A DNA stretch of 64,000 nucleotides from Octopus sinensis. Lineage: Eukaryota. The position numbers were made by a program, and so were the translations under genes. Below are positions 1 to 13,078 of this stretch, in pieces (within the stretch, counting starts at the first letter, position 1; each line of letters opens with the position of its first letter). The notes beneath the pieces are model-generated. The model made no database searches. It was given only the letters and a program-made list of their open reading frames with translations, and was not told where the DNA came from. The stretch lies in contig NC_043003.1 in the NCBI RefSeq assembly GCF_006345805.1, positions 48,918,001 through 48,982,000 of the forward strand, read 5' to 3'.

Positions 1-328
1 AGAGAACTTTCCGTTTCGCGACCGTTGCCAGCACCGCCCCGTTTCGTGTCCGTTGCAGCCTCGCCTGGCCCTCGTGCCGGTGGCACATAAAAAGCACCAT
101 CCGTTCGTGGCCGTTGCCAGCTCTGTCTGGCACCAGTGCGGGTGGCACGTAAAAAGCACCCACTACACTCACGGAGTGGTTGGCGTTAGGAAGGCATCCA
201 GCCGTAGAAACACTGCCAGATTTGACTGGGCCTGATGAAGCCTTCTGGCTTCACAGACCCCAGTAGAACCGTCCAACCCATGCTAGCATGGAAAACGGAC
301 GCTAAACGATGATGATGATGATGATGAT
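1..328 (+). mobile_element. 3' part of a retroposon (SINE or LINE tail, RTE-like) ending in (GAT)n
   Basis: GC-richer body with repeated GGTGGCAC(A/G)TAAAAAGCACC, then ...GAACCGTCCAACCCATGCTAGCATGGAAAACGGACGCTAAAC followed by a (GAT)n tail. The RTE assignment rests on tail type only. Confidence 0.6.
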
Positions 329-361
329 ATATATATATATATATATATATACATACATATA

Positions 362-526
362 TACGACAGGCTTCTTTCAGTTTCCGTCTACCAAATCCAC
401 TCACAAGGCATTGGTCAGCCCGGGGCTATAGCTGAAGACACTTGCCCAAGATGCCACGCAGTGGGGCTGAACCCGGAACCATGTGGTTGGTAGGCAAGCT
501 ACTTACCACACAGCCACTCCTGTGCA
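362..526 (-). mobile_element. SINE family A, tRNA-like head
   Basis: Reverse complement reads GAGTGGCTGTGTGGTAAG (A box)...GGTTCAGCCCC (B box)...CTTGGGCAAGTGTCTT...GGAAACTGAAAGAAGCC; more than 10 copies in the window. Confidence 0.85.
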
Positions 527-2338
527 GATGTAATATTATTTTATTTACAGTGTTATGAATTAATAGTGCATACCAGCGTTGCCTTACTGGCACTTGCATC
601 AGTAGGACATGAAAAAACATTTGATACAAATTAAAACTTATCAAAATTTCATTAATTTATGTTCCACACCAGTTTAATAATGAGTCATTTTATTAAATTC
701 TTGTTTCTTAGCATACTTCTACGGAAATATGGTAATGAAAGGAATAAAATTAGGATTAGGGAGATTTTATGAAACTGAAACTTGTTAATGGCTTCATTAG
801 CACATCTGCAGACCAAAGAGACTATCATATTTTAAGTGGTTCATAGTTTGATTTAGTAGCTTTTCTCTGAATGCAGTCTAAGTGACTGTGTCGAGGCTTT
901 TTTTTTTCAAGATTTAGTCATATTGACGCTTGTACTTAATTTAAGTAAAATGGGTTGCTTCTCTGGTGGTTCACAGACCGACAAATGACAGTCTCCTTTC
1001 CTAAAATAGTGACTTTTTTTTTGGATCTGCCCTATCTGTTAATATGCAGATGAAGTAAATACTTTTTATTTAATTTCATGGTGTTGGACAACTTTAGAAT
1101 ATATTTATTTTATTAAACGAATTTGTACCGTTTCACTCGCAGTTGAACATAAGCCGGGTCTTAAATACGAAAGAGTTAGCTCCCTTCTATAGACGTAGTT
1201 GAGCCTCAAGATTGAAGTTTTCGGCATTTTGTAGTGGGAAATGTTTAACATTTGTTTATAGCAAATATTAATATGCCACAGCATTAATTGTAGTGTCTCA
1301 TTAATTTTTATTTCCTTTTTACAGTTACCCTTAAAAATATATGAAATTGTTTTCCTGCCGGGCAATCTTGCATCAGCAAGGCTTTTCTCCTTTCTTAATT
1401 CCAGTATTATTTCTCAAAGGAACAGTGAAATTGCTTTGTTATCTCACTCCAGCGATTTAACTCTACATAGTCTCCTAAAAGAATTGCAGCAAAACCTTAA
1501 AATACATTCTCAAACGTCTATGCAATGGTGAAATACATATAGGATAAACTAATGCATCTATCCTAGTTTATCATTGAGGTTTGGGTTAAGAAAAAGAAAA
1601 AAACAAACTAAAAAAATACGTGATAAATGAATCATCTCAACGCACTTTAATGGAACGAATGGTAAGATTCAAACTCACAGCTTACGACAACGAAGCTTCC
1701 ATCGTTCTGTATTTTCTTGACCATCTCTACCTTTTCCAGTCAAGGGTGCTGTCGGCTGCGTCATGGGTTAAGACATCTTCATTTTTGTCCTGTTCACGTG
1801 GTGGGTACGAGTACGTAAATCACATTAACACCAGCGAGAGTTCATTCTGGGTAGTTGAACATTTTAGGTGGTCGCTGGGGCGCGTTCCTGCGGTATAAGC
1901 TGAACTTTTTTGATCGTCGTTAAACCGTGATAAGCATAACATGGTTCACAATTGAGTGTACTGTGTTGTCTTGGACCAGTGATGAATGAATCGGATAAAT
2001 AAGGCTACATGTACTGAGTATTATAAGGGAATGAACTTTGAAAAGTCATTCAAGCACCAGATAAAATGTATTATGGTACGGATTGTATTCCGAGTTCAAT
2101 TCATCTCTGAATCAGTTTTGCACTTCGTCCTCTCAAAATGAATAAAGTACCAGTCCAATATGAAGGATTAGTACTTTTTTTTCTTTAGTCGCTTTGTTGT
2201 ACTCAAGAAGACCGACTTACCACAATACGGCTGATATCCTAAAGCCAAGATGCTACGTAAAAAGCATCCAGTACACTCTGTAAAATATTTGGTATAAGGA
2301 AGGGCATCTAGCTGTAGAGACGTAGTCAAAACAAAATA

Positions 2339-2708
2339 TGGAGTGGCTGTGTGGTAAGTAGCTTGCTTACCAACCACATGGTTCCGGGTTCAGTCCCACT
2401 GCGTGGCACCTTGGGCAAGTGTCCTCGGGCCGACCAAAGCCTTGTGAGCGGATTTGGTAGACGGAAACTGAAAGAAGCCCGTCGTATATATGTATATATA
2501 TATGTGCGTATGTTTGTTTGTCCTCCCAACATCGCTTGACAATCGATGCTGGTGTGTTTACGTCCCCGTAACTTAGCGGTTCGGCAAAAGCGACCGATAT
2601 AATAAGTACTAGGCTTACAAGGAATAAGTTCTGGGGTCGATTTGCTCAACTAAAGGTGGTGCTCCAGCATGGCCATAGTCAAATGACTGAAACAAGTAAA
2701 AGAGTAAA
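2339..2708 (+). mobile_element. SINE family A, full length (head + internal microsatellite + tail)
   Basis: A/B boxes, internal (TA)/(TG) tract, tail GTGTTTACGTCCCCGTAACTTAGCGGTTCGGCAAAA...GTCAAATGACTGAAACAAGTAAAAGAG. Confidence 0.9.
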
Positions 2709-3171
2709 AACCTCCAAAGACCACAAGGACCCCCGGTTTAGAACCTCTGATATAGATAGTTCAATCAGTAAACGTTGAGTTGTCTCCCTTACACTATGCT
2801 AATCTGCACCTGCCAACTTCTTTTTGGTATCAAAATTGATGGTTCTGAAGTTTATTTTGTGAAATTATTACACAGCAGTATAAGTGCCAAGCGGTGTTAA
2901 TAAGCATAAGCAAACTTAAGGTTAGTTAAAATATGTTTGCGACACATTTCAGCTTCTAAAGGCAAATTCGCTGTAATTACCGTGGAGGAAAAATAAAATC
3001 TCTCATATAGTAAAGAAGCGGTTCGGCAAAAGAGACCGATACAATAAATACTACGCTTTAAAACATAATACGTACTGGGGTCGATTTGTTCCACCAGACC
3101 CCTTCAAGGTGGTGTCCCAGCACTACTGCAGTCCCGTCACTGAAATAAGTGAAAGATAAAGATACACAGGC

Positions 3172-3512
3172 GGCAGGCGTGGCTGTGTGGTAAGTAGCTC
3201 GCTTACCAGCCACATGGTTCCAGGTTCAGTCCCACTGCGTGGCACCTTGGGCAAGTGTCTTCTACTATAGCCTCGGGCCGACCAAAGCCTTCTGAGTGGA
3301 TTTGGTAGACGGAAACTGAAAAGAAGCCCGTCATATATATATATATATGTGTGTGTGTGTTTACGTCCCCGTAACTTAGCGGTTCGGCAAAAAGAGAACG
3401 ATAGAATAAGTACTAGGCTTACAAAGAATAAGTCCTGGGGTCGATTTGTGCGACTAAAAGCGGTGCTCCAGCATGGCCGCAGTCAAAATGACTGAAACAA
3501 ATAAAAGAATAC
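3172..3512 (+). mobile_element. SINE family A, full length
   Basis: Same head, microsatellite and tail as 2339-2708; preceded by a decayed A tail at about 3010-3160. Confidence 0.85.
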
Positions 3513-3870
3513 AGTAAAAAAAAAAAAAAGAAGAGAAAAAAAAGAGAAAAATCAAACCCTCAGAAGTGAAATATGGCATCGACCCCTGTTTGCCAAACAA
3601 CACATCCAGCCAGAATCAAAAATCATGCAAACATTCGTTTAGAAATAACAGCTCAATTTCAAATCTTACTGCCAAATTCAGTCCTAGATGGATATATTCG
3701 GAAAGGAAAAAAAAAAAAAAAATTACGGTTGTATGGTAAGAAATTTGCTTCCGAACCACATGGTTCCGGGTTCGTTCCCCCCGAGTCGCATCACGGGAAA
3801 GTGCCTCATTCTATAGCGTGGGGCCGACCAAAGCCTTGTGAGTGGATTTAGTAGACAGAAACTGAAGGAA

Positions 3871-4273
3871 GGTGAGCTTGGCAGAAACGTTAGTACACCG
3901 GGCGAAATGCGTAGCCGTATTTCGTCTGCCGTTACGTTCTAAGTTCAAATTCCGCCGAGGTCGACTTTGCCTTTCATCCTTTCGGGGTCGATAAATTAAG
4001 TACTAGTTACGCACTGGGGTCGATGTAATCGGCTTAATCCGTTTGTTTGTCCTCTCCGTGTTTAGCCCCTTGTGCGTAGTAAAGAAATAGGTATTTCGTC
4101 TGCCGTTACGTTCTGAGTTCAAATAGTACCGCGGTCGACTTTACCTTTAATCCTTTCGGGGTCGACAAATTACATACCAGTTACGCACTGAGGTCGATGT
4201 AATCGACTTAATCCCTTTGTCTGTCTTTGTTTGTCCCATCTATGTTTAGCCCCTTGTGGGTAATAAAGAAATA
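3871..4273 (+). mobile_element. SINE family B, head-to-tail tandem (one full + one 5'-truncated unit)
   Basis: GGTGAGCTTGGCAGAAACGTTAG head; core GACTTTGCCTTTCATCCTTTCGGGGTCGATAAA (resembles the Meta/Sauria-type SINE domain, from memory); second unit starts at 4090 GGTATTTCGTCTGCC. Confidence 0.85.
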
Positions 4274-4836
4274 AGAAACTGAAAGAAGTCCGTCGTCGTA
4301 TATATATATGTATATATAAGTGTGTGTGTCTCTGTTTGACTCACCATCGCTTGATAACCGGTGTTGGTGTGTTTACGTCCCCGTAACTTAGCGGTTTGGT
4401 AAAAGAGACTGATAGAATAAGTACCAGGCTTAAAAATATACATAAATACTGGGATCGATTCAATCGACCAGTCAAATGACTGAAAGAAATAGTAAAAGGT
4501 ATAAAAAATGTTATAGGTAGAACCATCTTCATTGAAAATAGAAATAGCAGCCAAAATCTCCCTCAGATTATATTTTGAAAAATGAGGTCAATAGTGACTT
4601 GTACAACAGACAATAAAGGAAGCTCTGTACTTCTTCAAGTATCACTTGAAGAGGAAAGTGAGAGTAGAGAGGCAAGTTTTGTCTAGTGAATGTTTTAAAA
4701 AAAGATGGGTGAATGTAGCAAGGATGGCACGTATGAATGACGAAGCCACCCTGACTATGATTCTATGAACCGTAAAAATTAATACAGAGAGTTGTTTAAT
4801 TGCAAAAAAAAAAAAAGAAATATAACATGTGACTTC

Positions 4837-5134
4837 ATTGACCGAGGTTACCGTGGTCTTTTCAGTAGGCTTTTCTTTCCACGGGTAAACCTCACCTGTC
4901 CTCCCCTTTACACTTCATATTGACATTTCTGTGATTACGATCCCTATTGATCAACTTTTTTTTTTCCCCTCTCCCCCCGTTTTTTTTAATCCTCCCCTTT
5001 TTTTGTCCTCTTTCTTTCCTTTTACGATCCCTTTTGATCGAAAACCAACCCCCTCTTTTTTTACCCCCAAAAGAAAAGCTCTACCTTGTAATTTGTTCTG
5101 TCTGTGTGCAGCCCTGTGTGGCTAATAAAGAAAC
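4837..5134 (+). mobile_element. L1/Tx1-like 3'-UTR module, copy 1
   Basis: ATTGACCGAGGTTACCGTGGTCTT start, pyrimidine-rich body, TGTGTGCAGCCCTGTGTGGCTAATAAAGAAAC end; second copy at 50429-50808. Confidence 0.65.
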
Positions 5135-6160
5135 ATATCTTATAAGGTGGAAGCGTGAAGATAAAACGTGACTTGACTTGAGGTTGCCAGTTAGTCAGTC
5201 AGTACAGGGCCTTGGGAGACCTTCAGAGTGAAGGATTACACGATGGTAGAATGCAAACGTGAAGCAAATTTATGATGAAATTTGGTTATAGGTGAGGTGA
5301 GTTGGTAGAGTCGGTAGCACGCCAGGCAAATTTCTTAGCAGCATTTCTTCTGGTTTTTATGCTTTACCTCCTGAGTTCAAATTCTGTCGAAGTCAGTTTT
5401 GAATTTTATCCTTTTGGGGTCGATAAAATACGTACCAGTGGAACACTGTGGTCAGTATAATCGCCATGGCCCCTCTCTCAAAAATAGCAGAAAGAAAAAA
5501 TATGGTTATCACTAAGTCAGTGGGGCTTTCATGACCCTGAAAAGGGTCACGAGAAGAAATTATCTTTAAACAGGGGATCTAACTCCATTATTTGCAACAG
5601 ATTGGATTCAGCTAAAATCATCCAAAGACCAGGTAATAGACTAACTCCTTCACCGAAGCTGGTACACAGGAAAATTAACATACCGGTATGTATGTGTTTG
5701 TTCCGCCGAGGTCGACTTTGCCTTTCATCCTTTCGACTTAATCCGTTTGTCTGTCCTTGTTTTTCCCCTCTGTGTTTAGCCCCTTGTGGGTAATAAAGAA
5801 ATAGGTATGTATGTGTTTGTCCTCGCATTACCACTTAGCCTCTTATGCCACGGAGATGTCTTTATATTACATAAACAAGAAGCTGGAAGCTCGGTGGTTC
5901 AACACCGAAGATGTGGAAAATAAAAAGGGCTTCCGTCTATATAATAATTATTACCTCTAGCATTTAAATCGGTCGTATTTGGCCCCAATGGCTCACCCGT
6001 GTTATGTTCAAACTGGCTGTAACCGGTCTCTTACGATATTACTAAAAAAAAATATTAAATCATGTCACTGAAACCTCGTACTTTCGAGATACTGCATGTT
6101 TTGATATTAAATGTGATAAGGAGGTTCAGGACGCCATTCAAAATATTACGGCAATATTGT

Positions 6161-6429
6161 TTGTTCCTTCTCGAGCCATGCCTGGCTCATAGGTCCGGTT
6201 TCCCGGTTTCTTTGGCGTATAGGTTCCCCACCTGGACGGGACGCCGGTCCGTCGCAGGTGAGCTGCAGGAGGAAAGAGTGAGAGAAAGTTGTGGCGAAAG
6301 AGTCTGTTGGAGCCGTGTGGAGCTTAGGTGTTTCGCTCATAAATATACACATCGCCCGGTCTGAGATTCGAACCCACGATCCCTCGACCGCAAGTCCGCT
6401 GCTCTAACCACTAGGCCATGTGCCTCCAC
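6161..6429 (-). mobile_element. SINE family C (tRNA-Arg-like head)
   Basis: Reverse complement GTGGAGGCACATGGCCTAGTGGTTAGAGCAGCGGAC...GGGTTCGAATC; tail GACCGGCGTCCCGTCCAGG...GAAACCGGGAAACCGG shared with other copies. Confidence 0.85.
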
Positions 6430-6477
6430 TTACGGCCATATAGCCGAACATAACACTTATTTTGTATAAATAGTAAA

Positions 6478-6855
6478 TATATCTTTTACATGTTTCAATC
6501 ATTGAACTACGGTTATGCTGAGGCACCGCATTGAAGGGTTTTTTTTGAAGCCTGGTACTTATTTTATAGGTCTCTTTTGCCGAGGATGTAAACAAACCAA
6601 CACTAGTCGTCAAGCAATGGTAGGGGACAAACACAATACACACACACGCTCTCTCTCTCTCTTTCACTCTCTTCCTCTCTCTCTCACGCACACATGAAGG
6701 GGTCCTTCCAGTTTCCGTTTATCAAATTCACTTACAAGGCCCTGGTGGCCCGGGGGTCTATAGTAAAAGACACTTGCTGAAGGTGCCCTGTGGTGAGACT
6801 GAACCCTAGATAATATGGTTAGGAAGCAAGCTTCATAACTACACAGCCACGCCTG
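6478..6855 (-). mobile_element. SINE family A, diverged full length
   Basis: Tail, (CT)/(CA) tract and head in reverse orientation. Confidence 0.75.
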
Positions 6856-6942
6856 CGTCTATATATTAATTTTCAGTTTGTTACACCCCAGTATCTACTT
6901 GTGTTTCGCCTGTAAACAAGCTTTATTTATTGGACGCATTAT

Positions 6943-7150
6943 GGCGGCGAGCTGGCAGAATCGTTACTATGCCAGACAAAATGTTTTGAGTCATTTCTTT
7001 CAACCTTACATTTTGAGCACAAATGCTGCCGAAGTCGACTTTGCCTTTCATCCTTTCAGGAGTCATAAAGTAAGTACCAATTGAGCACTAGAGTTAATGG
7101 AGTCGACTTCCCCAACCCTTAAATTTGCTAGTCTCGTGCCAAAATAAGAA
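6943..7150 (+). mobile_element. SINE family B
   Basis: GGCGGCGAGCTGGCAGAATCGTTA...GTCGACTTTGCCTTTCATCC core. Confidence 0.8.
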
Positions 7151-7221
7151 AGGATTTATTGAACACATTCTGTTATGAAAATTAATTTAATAAAATGTAT
7201 AATAGTACATTACCAATACTC

Positions 7222-7449
7222 TTTTACTCTTTTATTCTTTTACTTGTTTCAGTCATTTGACTGTGGCCATGCTGGAGCACCGCAAGGACTTATTCTTTGT
7301 AAGCCTAGTACTTATTCTATAGGTCTCTTTTGCCGAACCGCTAAGTTACGGGGACGTAAGCACACCAGCATAGGTTGTCAAGCGATGTTGGGGGGATAAA
7401 CACATACATACATACATACATACATACATACATACATACATACATACGT

Positions 7450-7518
<69 letters not shown>

Positions 7519-7675
7519 CGACGGGCTCTTTCAGTTTCCGTCTACCAGATCCACTCACAAGGCTTTGGTCGGCCCGAGGCTATAGTAGAAGTCACTTGCC
7601 CAAGGTGCCACGTAGTTGGACTGAACCCGGAACCATGTGGTTCGTAAGCAAGCTACTTACCACACAGTCACTCTT
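7222..7675 (-). mobile_element. SINE family A, full length, internal (CATA)n(CA)n(TA)n
   Basis: Tail about 7222-7400, microsatellite about 7400-7518, head about 7519-7675. Confidence 0.9.
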
Positions 7676-7699
7676 ACGCATATGGTATATCGGTTCTAA

Positions 7700-7890
7700 G
7701 TTTTGGAACAAGTCCAGCAATTTCGGGGGAGGCGGTCACATCGACTCCAGTATTCGTTACTTATTTTGCCGATCCTGAAATGATGAAAGATAAAGTCGAC
7801 CTCGGCGGAATTTGAGCTCAAAACGTAAAGACAGACGAAACAGTGCTAAGCCTGGCGTGCCAACGATTCGGTCAACTCGCCATCTTAAAT
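7700..7890 (-). mobile_element. SINE family B
   Basis: AAAGTCGACCTCGGCGGAATTTGAGCTC...AGACGAAA core in reverse. Confidence 0.75.
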
Positions 7891-8012
7891 AATCATTACT
7901 GTATTGACTGGTAAGATTGTTTCGATGAAAATGTTTGCTTTTGAAAAGCGACGAAATTATTGGAGGTCAACATTTGGGTCATTGTTGAAAAGTGTTTTTA
8001 GCGACAATACGG

Positions 8013-8520
<508 letters not shown>

Positions 8521-8736
8521 AAAAAAAAGAATACAAATATGTAGGACATACAGAGGTTCAATTTTAGTGTTTATTCACAAAGTTCTTGCATTTACACCTG
8601 TTAATTAAGTTAAGTTCACCTGTCTACTGGGGGAGGGTCAAATTTGACCAGAAAAATCAGATAAGAATATGTAATTGTAAATCATTAGTATTTAAGTACC
8701 TACTGACAAAATTACGAGTCAATATGTAAAAAAAAT

Positions 8737-8992
8737 GTGGAGGCGCGTGGCTTAGTGGTTAGGGTGTTAGCATCGTGATCGTAAGATTGTGGTTTCGATT
8801 CCTGGACCAGGTGACGCGTTGTATTCTTGAGCAAAACACTTCATTTCACATTGCTCCAGTCCACTCAGCTGGCAAAAATGAGTAACGTTGCGATGGACTG
8901 GCGTCCCGTCCAGCTGGGGAACACATACGACATAGAAACCGGGAAACTGGACCCATGAGCCTGGCTAGGCTTTAAAAGGGCGCATTTATATT
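8737..8992 (+). mobile_element. SINE family C
   Basis: GTGGAGGCGCGTGGCTTAGTGGTTAGGG A box, GGTTTCGATTCC B box, TTCTTGAGCAAAACACTT...CCAGTCCACTCAGCTGGCAAAAATGAGTA central domain. Confidence 0.85.
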
Positions 8993-9529
8993 TTAGGTAA
9001 AAAAAGTAGCAAAGTTACTAACAGGTATTGTTGACACCTGTCTGTTGGGCTAAGAAGCTCATTTTGCCACCACGTGATTTAAGGTTCAGTCCCACAGCAC
9101 AGCACACCGTGGGGAAGTGTCTTAAGCGGTATTCCCGGGCTGAGTAATGCTTTGTGAGTGAATCTGGAAGACGAATACTGCGAGGAAAACAGACGTATGC
9201 ACGCACACACGCACGTACACATATACAAGGCACATAGTTACTTGTGACTACCTGCCAAAACGACAGTAAGCATGCCTGGTAGTGTTTCCACTTTTACCGT
9301 CAAACATTGCGCTTTAGCGATAGCCTCTGTCCTCAACAATAGCTCAAGACATTATTTGTCTAGAAGGATACAATCCAGTTTATGGGAACATGCTACAGTA
9401 TCACTATCCCAAAGGAAGGGCAATGCCAGCTATCGGTCTCATTCAAAGCTGTGGGATACAACTCTTAGGAATCCTCTTCTGTAATAAATTGAGTTTCTCT
9501 ACTTCTTCACTGGACACTATCATTAGTTT

Positions 9530-9943
9530 CCTATTCCTTTACTACCCACAAGGGGCTATACACAGATGGGCCAAACAAGGACAGACAAAAGGATTAAGTT
9601 GATTATATCGACCCCAGTGCGTAACTGTTACTTATTTAATCGACCCCGAAAGGATGAAAAGCAAAGTCGACCTCGGCAGAATTTGAACTTGGAACGTAAC
9701 GGCATACGAAATACCTATTTCTTTACTACCCACAAGGGGCTAAACACAGAGGGGACAAACAAGTACAGACATAGGTATTAAGTCGATTAAATCGACCCCA
9801 GTGCGTAACTGGTACTTAATTTATCGACCTCGAAAGGATGAAAGGCAAAGTCGACCTCGGCGGAATTTGAACTCAACGTAACGCAGACGAAATATCGCTA
9901 AGCATTTCACCCGGCGTGCTAACGTTTCTGCCAGCTCACCGCC
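9530..9943 (-). mobile_element. SINE family B tandem (two units)
   Basis: Two cores joined through ...GAAATACC|TATTTCTTTACTACCC at about 9710, the same junction as at 4090. Confidence 0.85.
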
Positions 9944-10629
9944 TTACTATCATTAGTTTCCGTTTAGTTAGCTATGACAGTAGCTTGCTCCCGTGCATCA
10001 CCCATAGAGGTCCTCTATCTTTGAAGTTTGAAAAAATGTCTTTGTATTTGACCATGGTACGTAAATCTTCTAGCAAAGAGCCCCGCATCATCTGCCTTTC
10101 ATCTCTTGGATCATAAGCTATTTATCAAATTATATTATCGCAGGATTGCTGCTGAAGCTTTGTCAGGTCTACACTCTGACAATTCTAGCATACTCTTCTC
10201 CAACGTTCATTTATGTTTCTTCACACTCTTCCATTGATGATCTGCTTTCTTTCCCTTCTAATAACGCTCACTTCTATACACAATTCTTTATCCCTGATTA
10301 ATCCATACCACTGATTAATCCATACCAGATGTCTGACTTTAAAGATCCACTTAACATATGACATGAAAAATAAAATAAGAAGTTATTAAAAAATAGGTAT
10401 GCTTGAATGTTATTGTCATTGTTGTTAATTAATTAGCGAACTCTTTTCTGAAGGCCCTTATTTTAAAGGACCTTTGTCATCAGCAGAGATTTGAGAATTA
10501 ATGTAGCAAGGCGAATTTGTTGTTAGAGACCTAAGCGATATGGAGCTACCAATAGTATACCGATCAACAGGTAATAATAGTGAACCGATGTTGTGGAGCA
10601 AAACATCCTTTTTCTATCTACTATAGGCA

Positions 10630-10820
10630 GGAAGCCAGAAATTTGTGGGCGGGGTGGGGTGGGAGTAGTCATTTACATTGACTCCAGTGCTCAAGTGGTC
10701 CTTATTTTTATCGACTGCGATGCGAATGAATGAAAGGCAAAGTCGACCTCGGCGGAATTTGAACTCAGAACGCGAAGCCGGAAGAAATACCGTTAAAGTG
10801 TTTTGTCAACACGACGCCTT
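10630..10820 (-). mobile_element. SINE family B, diverged
   Basis: GAAAGGCAAAGTCGACCTCGGCGGAATTTGAACTCAGAAC. Confidence 0.75.
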
Positions 10821-11719
10821 AGAAACGAACGATAAATCATTTGAGGAACATAAAAGCATGAAATCAAATTCACACACACACACACACACACTCACACATT
10901 ATCTCCCATCTATTTTCATTTCATTGGCTGCGTAGTCAAATATCTTTATCCTATAATGAAAGAAGGAGAGCCTGACCTCGTGTTTACCAAATACTATAGG
11001 CTTCTAAGTCTATAGCCATAAGAAAACAAAAGACTAAGAACTAGATACTTCATTAAACGCACAAACCATAAAATTTTGAGTTCCTTCCAAAACTTACCTT
11101 CAGATTATGTTGATGGCTCTACAGAATTCTATAAAAATTGCATTTTCATCTCATCAAAATTCTTGTTTAAACATCGGTTTTTCTCTTCTTCTTAGTTATA
11201 TGAACATCATGATATATTTAGCCCTTGATTTCGTTGTATTAGAGATTTTAGCTTGTTTTCTTATTTTGCCAACTAAAATATTTCATTGAAAGATTCAAAT
11301 TTGAGTCTGTTATTCATTAATGCACATTTTTTTCCTCGTTACAAGAATCTTTTAATAATGTCACTTGGCTTATTGCCATAGATACTTGACTGCTGATGCT
11401 GTGTCACCTCTGAGGTTTGATTGAGCATACTCTAATTTAGAACAAACAGCATGAATGGGAAATGAGGTGGGATGGGAAATCTGAAGTTTAACTACACATT
11501 AGATGAAAATCAAATGTTTTACAACCAGTAGAAGTGCTTAGCAACAATTTAGCTTGATTCAAACCAAGAATCTGAAGTTAGCAGCTGCTTAGTATGTCGT
11601 ATTAGAAAATGTCGAAATTTAATGAGATCACAGTAACAAGACTATCATTTGGTAGAGTAAATAACTAGTTGACTTTTCGTATAATGTTCTCTTTTAATAA
11701 TGCTTCTAACACATTGTAT

Positions 11720-11777
11720 GTATGCATATATGTATATATGTACATATATATATATATATAATATATATATATAATAT

Positions 11778-11821
<44 letters not shown>

Positions 11822-11909
11822 ATATATGGCACATATTATGTATATATGTAGGCATATATATATTGTGTGTATATATATATATTACGTATATATATTGTGT
11901 GTGCGTGTA

Positions 11910-11984
<75 letters not shown>

Positions 11985-11985
11985 A
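11720..11985. repeat. Compound microsatellite (TA)n/(TG)n/(TCTA)n
   Basis: Directly visible. Confidence 0.95.
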
Positions 11986-11989
11986 TTTC

Positions 11990-12185
11990 TAGGCTAAACA
12001 CAGAGGGGGACAAACAAGGACAGACACGCGGATTAAGTCGATTATATCGACCCCAGTGCGTAACTGGTACTTAATTTATCGACCCCGAAAGGATGAAAGG
12101 CAAAGTCGACCTCGGTGGAATTTGAACTCAGAACGTAGCGGCAGACGAAATACGGCTACGCATTTCGCCCGACGTGCTAACATGA
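11990..12185 (-). mobile_element. SINE family B
   Basis: Near-consensus core and tail in reverse orientation. Confidence 0.85.
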
Positions 12186-12259
12186 TAGTATATGCATACA
12201 TACATGTACATACATAGGTACATACGTACGTACGTACACAATACATACATACATATGCG

Positions 12260-12775
12260 TTTGCAATCCAGGAACAGGAAATATCAACCGAATACCTGTT
12301 GCACAAAAGGGATAGAGATGCAAGAAAAGCAGTAAAATGTAACAAGCGATACAGAGCTTATGGAGTTAACTCTGAAGATATCACTCGCATCAAAAGCAGT
12401 TATCTGAAAATGCCATCGCGGTACTATATACCGATGAGGCTTGATGTCGTAGCTAGGATACTCTATAATGAAATCTGTCGGAAGGATAATCCCGAGGACA
12501 AAAAAATAAGAACCTACAGTATGGTAGAAGCCATAGCCACTCATAATAAAAAGGAGTAGTGGTGGAATGTGCCAGTGAAGACCTCAATAAAACGTAAGCA
12601 CAACAGATTTGATATAATGATTTGGGATAAAGAAGAGAAACGGTGCACAGCTGTGGAAATTAGCTGCCCGGTGGATGTTAACATAAAACTGAAGATCAGT
12701 GAAAAAGAGAATACCTACGCTGAACTACTGAGAAATCCGCAGTTACTCTATCAAGATTATAAGTTCAGGTTTATA
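12260..12775 (+). pseudogene. R4/Dong-like non-LTR retrotransposon fragment (zinc knuckle + restriction-like endonuclease)
   Basis: One frame reads AIQEQEISTEYL...KCNKRYRAYGVNSEDITRIKSSY (decayed CCHC)...RLDVVARILY...*WWNVPVKTSIKRKHNRFDIMIWDKEEKRCTAVEISCPVDVNIKLKISEKENTYAEL (NRPD...E RLE motif); one stop at 12557-12559. Confidence 0.8.
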
Positions 12776-12985
12776 TTGTTTTCAGTCGTGTTTGTTTGTT
12801 TGCTTGTCCGTGGACAAGATATCTCAAGAACTGCGGGATGGATTCGGATGAAGCTTTCAGGGATGTTTGGCCTTGTGACTGGTACGAACTGATTAGATTT
12901 TGGCATCGATTCGATACCGGACAAAGATTCTGGATTATTTTTCCTGTTTTTCTTCTACTTAATTTTTGAGAGCGAACTTATTTTT
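12776..12985 (+). mobile_element. Helentron-like non-autonomous element (HINE-type), partial
   Basis: Matches the body of copies at 16494-16888 and 30950-31297 (GGACAAGATATCTCAAGAAC...GATGAAGCTTTCAGGGATGTTTGGCC). Confidence 0.7.
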
Positions 12986-13078
12986 GTACTTATTCTATCA
13001 GTTTATTTTGCCAAACTGCTAAGTTACGAGGACACAAACATGCTAACATCGAGGCACAAAGACACACACACGTATATA

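Noticed and set aside
228-270. CTGATGA at 232-238 as a hammerhead
   Set aside because: A hairpin follows but there is no GAAA or helix III; it is part of a retroposon tail.
5490-5685. About 65-codon open frame ending at a GTATGT donor-like site
   Set aside because: The putative acceptor and donor both lie in SINE-derived sequence and the peptide is unrecognisable.
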